Source of the DNA: Oscillospiraceae bacterium
Lineage (GTDB): Bacteria; Bacillota; Clostridia; Oscillospirales; Ruminococcaceae
Length of the DNA stretch: 54,318 bases
Reading direction: 5' to 3'
Assembly: GCA_016296165.1 (NCBI GenBank)
Contig: JAEDJV010000001.1
Span: 1 to 54,318, forward strand
Shown here in pieces: positions 48,407 to 54,318 of the stretch; the first letter of the stretch is position 1; the number at the start of each line of letters is the position of its first letter. Both the position numbers and the translations under genes were made by a program. Under the pieces are notes generated by a model, which was given only the letters and a program-made list of their open reading frames with translations, was not told where the DNA came from and made no database searches.

Positions 48407-50980
48407 ATGACACAAAAAAAACTTATCAGCAGAGTCCAGGCGGTTGCAGTGAGTGCAGTAATGCTTGCTTCTACTATTGCTGTTAATGCGGTTACAGCAG
48501 CTGATGCACAGCCGACACAGCAATCAGCGCCAATCAGTGAGGTAGTTAAGGACTCCGGTCTGGACATTGACTATGCAAGAGCACTTCAGTATTCGCTTTA
48601 TTTTTATGATGCAAATATGTGTGGTTACGGCGTAGATACTGCATCACGTTACTCATGGCGTGGCGACTGTCATACCTATGACGCCAAGGTTCCTATGGTA
48701 CCGTGGGACGGAACAAATGAAAATTCTGGTACTAATCTTTCAGAAGCTTTTATGGAGAAGTACAAGGATATACTTGATCCTGACGGAGACGGCGGAATCG
48801 ATGTTTCAGGCGGTTTCCACGATGCCGGTGACCATGTTGAGTTCGGTATGCCTGAAAACTACACAGCAGCAACACTTGGCTGGGAATACTATGAGTACAA
48901 GGATACTTTCAAAAAACTTGAACAGGATGATCATATGGAGACTATTCTCCGTCATTTCAATGATTATCTTATGAGATGTACTTTCCGTGATAAGGACGGT
49001 ACAGTTATAGCACACTGTTATCAGGTTGGTGAAGGTGGTATTGACCATGCTTCATGGAAATCTCCTGAAGTTGATACAATGGTGCGTCCTGCATTTTTCC
49101 TTACAGCAGAGAAGCCACAGACAGATTATGTTGTTTCTGCGTGTGCGTCACTTGCTATAAATTACCTCAACTTCAAGGATTCAGATCCTGATTACGCTAA
49201 AAAATCACTTGATTACGCAGAGGCACTCTGGAAGTTTGCAAATGATAATCCAAAGGAACTCTCTGATAACGGAGATGGTCCTTGTCAGTTCTATCAGTCA
49301 AGCAAGTGGGAAGATGACTTTTGCTGGGCTGCTGCATGGATGTATGAAGCAACAGGTGATTATGATTCAACTCTCGGACAGGCTGTAGAATATTTTGACT
49401 ACTATGCTCCTTCAGGCTGGTGTTACTGCTGGAATGATATGTGGAGTGGTGCTGCTGTTAAGTGGGCAATTATCAATCAGGAACACCCTGAACTTGACCT
49501 TGTTCAGAAGGTAAGAGATGCTCAGGGCAAAAACCAGTATGTTTTTGATAATTTCTGGGATGATGACTGCGTAGGTAAATGTCTCAGAACATGGCAGAAC
49601 CTAGAAACACCTCAGGGATTTGCATTCCTCAGCAGATGGGGTTCATGCCGTTATAATACAGCAATGCAGCTTATCTGTCTCCTTTATGATAAGTATAACA
49701 ATGACAACAAGCCAAGCGAATGGAGTCAGTGGGCTAAGAAACAGATGAACTACGTTCTCGGTGATAATGACATTACATTCAAGGAAAATGAAAAGCAGTC
49801 TGTTATTGCAGGTCAGAACGGCACACACGGTCCAAGAAGTTTCTGTGTAGGTTATAATGATACTGCAGTAAAGAATCCTCACCATCGTGCAGCTTCAGGT
49901 CTTATCATGGCTGAAGATCCAAGAGAACAGAAACATATTCTCTGGGGTGCGCTTGCAGGCGGTCCGGACGGAAACGACGCACATGGTGACTTTACAGCTG
50001 AATGGACTGAAAACGAAGTTACAATTGACTATAACGCTGCGTTTCCGGGTGCATGCGCAGGACTTTATGAATATTTCGGAACACCGGATATGGCTATAAC
50101 TCCTGATTTCCCACCTGAAGATGAGAAGAGAGGTTCCGGCGGCGAAAACGGAGGCGGAGGCAAGGGATACTGGATTGAAGCAATCGGTATTGACAAGCCG
50201 GGCAATGACGGCTCAGGAACAACACAGGTTTCATTTAAGGTTATGTCAGGTGTGGCTAAGCCTTCAAGCAAAACATCTGTTCGTTATTATTTCAATACAT
50301 CAGAGATGGCAAATGGTATCGCAGGCGTAACAAAGGCAGGCGAACTGTATGATCAGTCAAGTGCTGAAGATAAAAATGCTGATGGTATTCTTACAGGACC
50401 ATTTAAGTATGACAAAACTCCTGATACATACTATGTGGAAATAACATGGGACGGATATACAATTGCAAATTCAGGCAAGAAGTATCAGTTTGAAATTGGT
50501 ATGTATTACGGCGATGTATGGGATCCTGAAAATGACTGGAGTTATGAGGGTCTTAAGATAGGAAAGAGTGACGATTTCTTTGCTGTTGATGATCCGCCGG
50601 AGGAAAAGACAGATCACATCTGTGTTTACGATGACGGTGTTCTGGTAGGCGGTATTGAACCAGACGGTTCGACTCCTTCTGAAGATGAACCAGAGGTTAC
50701 AACTACTACAACAAAGAAGCCGGATGTTACAACTGTGACAACTACCACAACTAAAAATACAACTACAGTTAATTCCGGAAAAGCAGTACCTGGTGACGTA
50801 AATCTTGACGGTGAAGTTGATATGAGTGACCTCTCAGAACTAGCACTCATTATCTTAAAGGAAAAGAAAGCTAACGATGCTGTGACAGCCAATGCTGACG
50901 TAGATAAGGACGGCGATATTACAATTACTGATCTCTCAAGAATCAAGCAGTTTATCTCGCATAAGATTTCAAAGTTATAA
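48407..50980 (+). CDS. Cellulosomal endoglucanase: signal peptide-GH9-CBM3c-Thr-rich linker-dockerin
   Basis: WRGDCH, HDAGDHVEF, NPHHRAAS, NEVTIDYNA; CBM3 RYYFNTSE/WDPENDWS; dockerin GDVNLDGEVDMSD...DVDKDGDITITD. Confidence 0.93.
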   Translation: MTQKKLISRVQAVAVSAVMLASTIAVNAVTAADAQPTQQSAPISEVVKDSGLDIDYARALQYSLYFYDANMCGYGVDTASRYSWRGDCHTYDAKVPMVPWDGTNENSGTNLSEAFMEKYKDILDPDGDGGIDVSGGFHDAGDHVEFGMPENYTAATLGWEYYEYKDTFKKLEQDDHMETILRHFNDYLMRCTFRDKDGTVIAHCYQVGEGGIDHASWKSPEVDTMVRPAFFLTAEKPQTDYVVSACASLAINYLNFKDSDPDYAKKSLDYAEALWKFANDNPKELSDNGDGPCQFYQSSKWEDDFCWAAAWMYEATGDYDSTLGQAVEYFDYYAPSGWCYCWNDMWSGAAVKWAIINQEHPELDLVQKVRDAQGKNQYVFDNFWDDDCVGKCLRTWQNLETPQGFAFLSRWGSCRYNTAMQLICLLYDKYNNDNKPSEWSQWAKKQMNYVLGDNDITFKENEKQSVIAGQNGTHGPRSFCVGYNDTAVKNPHHRAASGLIMAEDPREQKHILWGALAGGPDGNDAHGDFTAEWTENEVTIDYNAAFPGACAGLYEYFGTPDMAITPDFPPEDEKRGSGGENGGGGKGYWIEAIGIDKPGNDGSGTTQVSFKVMSGVAKPSSKTSVRYYFNTSEMANGIAGVTKAGELYDQSSAEDKNADGILTGPFKYDKTPDTYYVEITWDGYTIANSGKKYQFEIGMYYGDVWDPENDWSYEGLKIGKSDDFFAVDDPPEEKTDHICVYDDGVLVGGIEPDGSTPSEDEPEVTTTTTKKPDVTTVTTTTTKNTTTVNSGKAVPGDVNLDGEVDMSDLSELALIILKEKKANDAVTANADVDKDGDITITDLSRIKQFISHKISKL

Positions 50981-51021
50981 TATCATAGTAAAGGAAAAAT
51001 ATTTTTTCTGTAACTATAATT

Positions 51022-51062
51022 ATAATACCGTATCGGATAATTCTGATACGGTATTATTTTTA
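51022..51062 (+). terminator. Intrinsic terminator of the third GH9
   Basis: ATAATACCGTATCGGA-TAAT-TCTGATACGGTATTAT-TTTT. Confidence 0.85.
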
Positions 51063-51107
51063 AAAATGTTTATATATATTATTTTGTTTTCTTGTTAATA
51101 AATTGTA

Positions 51108-51136
51108 TTTACTCGATATAATAAATGTGGTATAAT
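51108..51136 (+). promoter_or_regulatory. Putative sigma-A promoter of the expansin gene
   Basis: TTTACT, 17 bp, TG-g-TATAAT. Confidence 0.6.
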
Positions 51137-51182
51137 TAATGACGGGATATTCTTATCAGAAAATATAAAGGAATGAGTTTGA

Positions 51183-52124
51183 ATGAAAAAGATAAACAGA
51201 CTGATCACAGCTTTTATTTGTGTCATGCTTGCTGCGTCAAATCCATTTTACAGTAAAGCTGCAGCTCCGGTTTGCGGGGATATGAATGCTGATGGAAATG
51301 TTAATGTTTTGGATTTTATTCTGCTTAAAAAGAAATATTTAAACGGCCCATCAGACAGCGACGATGTACGAGGCGCTGAAGATGTTGACAAAAACGGCAT
51401 GTTTACGGTTTCAGATATATTAAAACTTAAAAAATTTATTTTTAATCTTGAAACTCCTGACAGTTCATCCTCAGAAAATCAGAACAGTTATCCGATTGAT
51501 GAATCCGTTATTCTTGAACCTAAAGGAACGGTACATACAGGGGAAGGAACTTTTTACGGCGGCGGATATGTAGGCGGATGTGCAATGCTGGATCCGGTTT
51601 CTACTGATTACTGGATTGTGGCAATGAATCTTGAGGATTATGCGGATGCAAGGCTGGCCGGTGCATATCTTGAAGTAACCGGTGAACTTGGAACGATTAA
51701 TATGCTGGTAACGGATCTTCTCCCGGAAGGAAAAAAAGGCGATCTTGATTTATATGTTGATGCGTTTCCGCTTATTGCACCAAAGGAAAAAGGACGTGTT
51801 CCTGTTAGCTGGAAGATAGTGCCACTTGACATTGCCGATAAGGTACCAGTAAGCTACAGATTTAAAGAGGGAAGTACAGAGTACTGGTGCGGGGTACAGT
51901 TGCTTAATCATCGTTATCCTATTGCAAAGCTTGAATATCTTAACAGTAACGGGGAATTTGTTGAGATAAAGCGCCGGCCGTATAATTATTTTGAGAGCAT
52001 GGAAATGGGAGCTGGTCCGTTTACGTTCAGGGCTACTGATATTTATGGTCAGGTAATTGTGGATTATGATATTCCATTGCGTCTTGATGAAGTTATAGAA
52101 GGGAAAAGTCAGTTTCCTGTCTGA
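51183..52124 (+). CDS. Dockerin-fused bacterial expansin (EXLX1/YoaJ-like)
   Basis: Signal peptide; N-terminal dockerin GDMNADGNVNVLD...DVDKNGMFTVSD; G.GTFY, GGCAMLDP, AGAYLEVTG, VTDLLPEG..GDLDL, KEGS..YW, NHRYPIAKLE, YNYF, TDIYG. Confidence 0.9.
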   Translation: MKKINRLITAFICVMLAASNPFYSKAAAPVCGDMNADGNVNVLDFILLKKKYLNGPSDSDDVRGAEDVDKNGMFTVSDILKLKKFIFNLETPDSSSSENQNSYPIDESVILEPKGTVHTGEGTFYGGGYVGGCAMLDPVSTDYWIVAMNLEDYADARLAGAYLEVTGELGTINMLVTDLLPEGKKGDLDLYVDAFPLIAPKEKGRVPVSWKIVPLDIADKVPVSYRFKEGSTEYWCGVQLLNHRYPIAKLEYLNSNGEFVEIKRRPYNYFESMEMGAGPFTFRATDIYGQVIVDYDIPLRLDEVIEGKSQFPV

Positions 52125-52165
52125 TTTTACAGTATATATTCTTTGTGTTGAAAGGAAATTCTTAT

Positions 52166-53410
52166 ATGAAAAAATTCAGAGGACTAGCAGTTTTATGCGC
52201 ACTTACTTTAATTGCAGGGCAGGCTTCGTTTACTGTAAGCGCTGAAAAAACAGAGGAGAATTCTGCCGGAACAGAAACCACAGCTGAGGCGTTGTATTCT
52301 GTCAGCTATTGTTATGACGGAGGATTCGGAAGAATTGATGAAGCTGTACCTGTTGCTGAAGGTGAAAAAGTTAAACTTTCAGTCTGGGCACTTAGAAAAG
52401 ACGGATATTCACATACCGGATGGACAGACGGAGAAAGTATATATTCAAGAGGCGAAATTATAGAAATGCCTCCTAAGGATATTATTATTTATCCTGTATG
52501 GACGCCGGTATATACCCTGACATATGAAAAACTTGACAAATACGGATACCCTTCTCCTTTTGCAGACGGGACAGTTTCTCCGGGAACAGAAATATATCTT
52601 CCTAATTATGCAATGCATTACGGGGATGCGATGTTTAACGGCTGGCTGGTAAATGGTGTTCATTATGATCCTCTGTCAACTTTTATTATGCCTGAGGAAA
52701 ATACATATGTAAGTGTTGACTGGCTTGACCCTATAAATTTTGTATATGATGCCGGAACAGATGACGGCGTTATCGGAAGCCGTACCTATGAAGTAGGAAA
52801 GTATCCAGGTTCAAAAATTAATCTTTCAAGTTCTACAAGACTTGCAAGGCTTGGATATACGCTTAAGGGATGGCTTTATAAGGAAACAGATACGTTTTAC
52901 AGACCGGAAGCATATTTTGTAGTTCCTGATACTGATACAACAATGTATGCCGTGTGGACTCCTATAAAAGTTGCTGCAACATTTGATGCAAACGGTGGAA
53001 CAGGCCAGATGGAAAGACAGATATACGAATATGATACTTTTATGGAAATTCCTGATTGCCAGTTTACTCTTGAAGGCTTCAAACTTCTTGGCTGGCAGTT
53101 AAAAGACAAATATTATCAGCCGGGCGAAAAAGTTAAGGTAAGAATTGATGAGATAGGTGAATCCATGAAATTTAAAGCAGTATGGATAGAAGAACATCTC
53201 AGTCCGGGTGATTTAAATGATGATGGTCAGGCAGATCTTACTGATCTTTCCGTTCTTTCGCTTCATATTCTCGGTGAAAAAGTTCTTGATGGAACAGCAC
53301 TTGAAAATGCGGATGTTTACAGAGACGGAAATATTGATATTTTAGACCTGACTCGATTTAAGCAGTTCCTTGGACACGGAAAAATCCTTATTGGAATGAA
53401 AGGTGAATAA
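52166..53410 (+). CDS. Secreted protein with InlB B-repeat (Flg_new-like) domains and C-terminal dockerin
   Basis: About four repeats of the type Y/FD...GY..xGW...Y.P...P......YAVW; dockerin GDLNDDGQADLTD; ATG 52166 after AAAGGA (track starts at 52145). Confidence 0.8.
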   Translation: MKKFRGLAVLCALTLIAGQASFTVSAEKTEENSAGTETTAEALYSVSYCYDGGFGRIDEAVPVAEGEKVKLSVWALRKDGYSHTGWTDGESIYSRGEIIEMPPKDIIIYPVWTPVYTLTYEKLDKYGYPSPFADGTVSPGTEIYLPNYAMHYGDAMFNGWLVNGVHYDPLSTFIMPEENTYVSVDWLDPINFVYDAGTDDGVIGSRTYEVGKYPGSKINLSSSTRLARLGYTLKGWLYKETDTFYRPEAYFVVPDTDTTMYAVWTPIKVAATFDANGGTGQMERQIYEYDTFMEIPDCQFTLEGFKLLGWQLKDKYYQPGEKVKVRIDEIGESMKFKAVWIEEHLSPGDLNDDGQADLTDLSVLSLHILGEKVLDGTALENADVYRDGNIDILDLTRFKQFLGHGKILIGMKGE

Positions 53411-53415
53411 GAAAA

Positions 53416-54318
53416 ATGAACCCAAATAAAATTGCAGCCATTATTCTGGCGGCAACGATATGTGTTGCCTTTTATGGATGCGGCCGCGATGATTTTTCTG
53501 AAGTTAAACTGGTTCCTGATGCTACTGATGTAAAAGTCCCAACGACTGTAACTGAATTTACCGCAGCAATTCAGACAACAACTGAACAAACTTCTGTTAT
53601 TCCGGAAACTTCAGCGTCATCTGAGAGTATAATTATAACGGAGAGTGATGCTGTGATGACTGATGAAAATCAGAATTGTTCTGACAATCAGGAAATCACT
53701 GAACAGACCGGAGCACCTCCTGCAGCAGAGGAAATTCATACTGAGAATATTCAGAACCAGCAGCCACAGTATGAAACCGAACCTGAGCAGTCAGCTCCCA
53801 GTGTTGTTCAAAACGGTGAGATAGAGCCGACTTATATAAACGGCATACTGATTGTAAATAAAACTTATCCGTTGCCGGAATCGTATAATCCTGGCAATCT
53901 TACAACTGAAACTATGGATGCATTCAAAAAGATGCAGGCGGACGCCTGGTCAGATAAGCAGCTTAATCTATGGATTCAGTCCGGATTCAGAAGTTATAGT
54001 TTGCAGGAAAGTCTATATACCAGATATGTGAACCGTGACGGAAGAGAAGCAGCTGATACATATTCGGCAAGACCCGGACATTCAGAGCATCAGAGTGGAC
54101 TTGCATTTGATATAAATATAATTGATGACAGTTTTGATGGTACGCCTGAAGCAGTATGGGTTGCTGAGAACTGTTATAAGTATGGTTTTGTAATCAGGTA
54201 TCCAAAGGGTAAGGAAGACAAGACCGGATACAAGTATGAACCCTGGCATTTAAGATACCTTGGTGTTGATTTTGCAACAGAGTTATATAACAGCGGACTT
54301 TGTCTTGAAGAATATCTT
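53416..54318 (+). CDS. M15B (VanY/LdcB-like) peptidoglycan carboxypeptidase lipoprotein, truncated by the window end
   Basis: Translated by hand (absent from the track because no stop is present): MNPNKIAAIILAATICVAFYG-C lipobox, long T/E/Q/P linker, LIVNK, SGFRSY, SARPGHSEHQSGLAFD, YEPWHLRY. Confidence 0.9.
   Translation, partial: MNPNKIAAIILAATICVAFYGCGRDDFSEVKLVPDATDVKVPTTVTEFTAAIQTTTEQTSVIPETSASSESIIITESDAVMTDENQNCSDNQEITEQTGAPPAAEEIHTENIQNQQPQYETEPEQSAPSVVQNGEIEPTYINGILIVNKTYPLPESYNPGNLTTETMDAFKKMQADAWSDKQLNLWIQSGFRSYSLQESLYTRYVNRDGREAADTYSARPGHSEHQSGLAFDINIIDDSFDGTPEAVWVAENCYKYGFVIRYPKGKEDKTGYKYEPWHLRYLGVDFATELYNSGLCLEEYL

Noticed and set aside
14542..53410. Scaffoldin or cohesin gene
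   Set aside because: No ~140-aa repeated cohesin-like modules recognised in any ORF
276..53589. Many 60-190 aa antisense or alternate-frame ORFs in the ORF track (e.g. 276-809, 6570-7115, 10415-10984, 41473-41979)
   Set aside because: They overlap well-supported genes, lack RBS or recognisable motifs, and are expected shadows of biased codon usage
53416..54318. VanY vancomycin resistance gene
   Set aside because: No vanHAX or vanRS context; M15B peptidases are common housekeeping enzymes
1..54318. CRISPR array, IS element, prophage, rRNA or recognisable riboswitch
   Set aside because: No regularly spaced repeats and no transposase, integrase or phage ORFs; intergenic regions are short or AT-rich with no T-box or riboswitch motifs I could recognise

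Overview
This AT-rich 54 kb chromosomal window comes from a cellulolytic Firmicute. Gene content suggests Ruminococcus/Oscillospiraceae, which is an inference. Housekeeping blocks are ruvAB, a degenerate glmM-like gene, an SAM methyltransferase, ecfA1A2T, truA, a Zn-finger Clp ATPase, tRNA-Gly/Arg/His, gltA, a PLP decarboxylase-holB-ricT block and htpG with a perfect CIRCE. Interleaved with them are seven dockerin-bearing secreted proteins: three GH9-CBM3c, one GH48, a dockerin-expansin, a B-repeat protein and a degenerate SGNH-like protein. No scaffoldin or cohesin gene is visible. Two poorly understood envelope systems sit next to the cellulases. The first is an 8-gene carbohydrate ABC-like operon with a 973-aa multi-domain binding protein, two permease pairs, an NHL/TPR membrane protein, a Yip1 protein and a DUF5696-like protein, but no ATPase. 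The second is a GldA/GldF/GldG-like + DUF4340 ABC module between the GH48 and a GH9. Notable non-coding signals are a perfect 16-bp palindrome in the GH48 promoter, a 14-bp intergenic stem-loop between tandem GH9 genes, and a near-identical 3' hairpin shared by the GH48 and GH9 genes. I saw no mobile elements, CRISPR arrays or rRNA. All family calls come from motif recognition by eye; no database searches were run.
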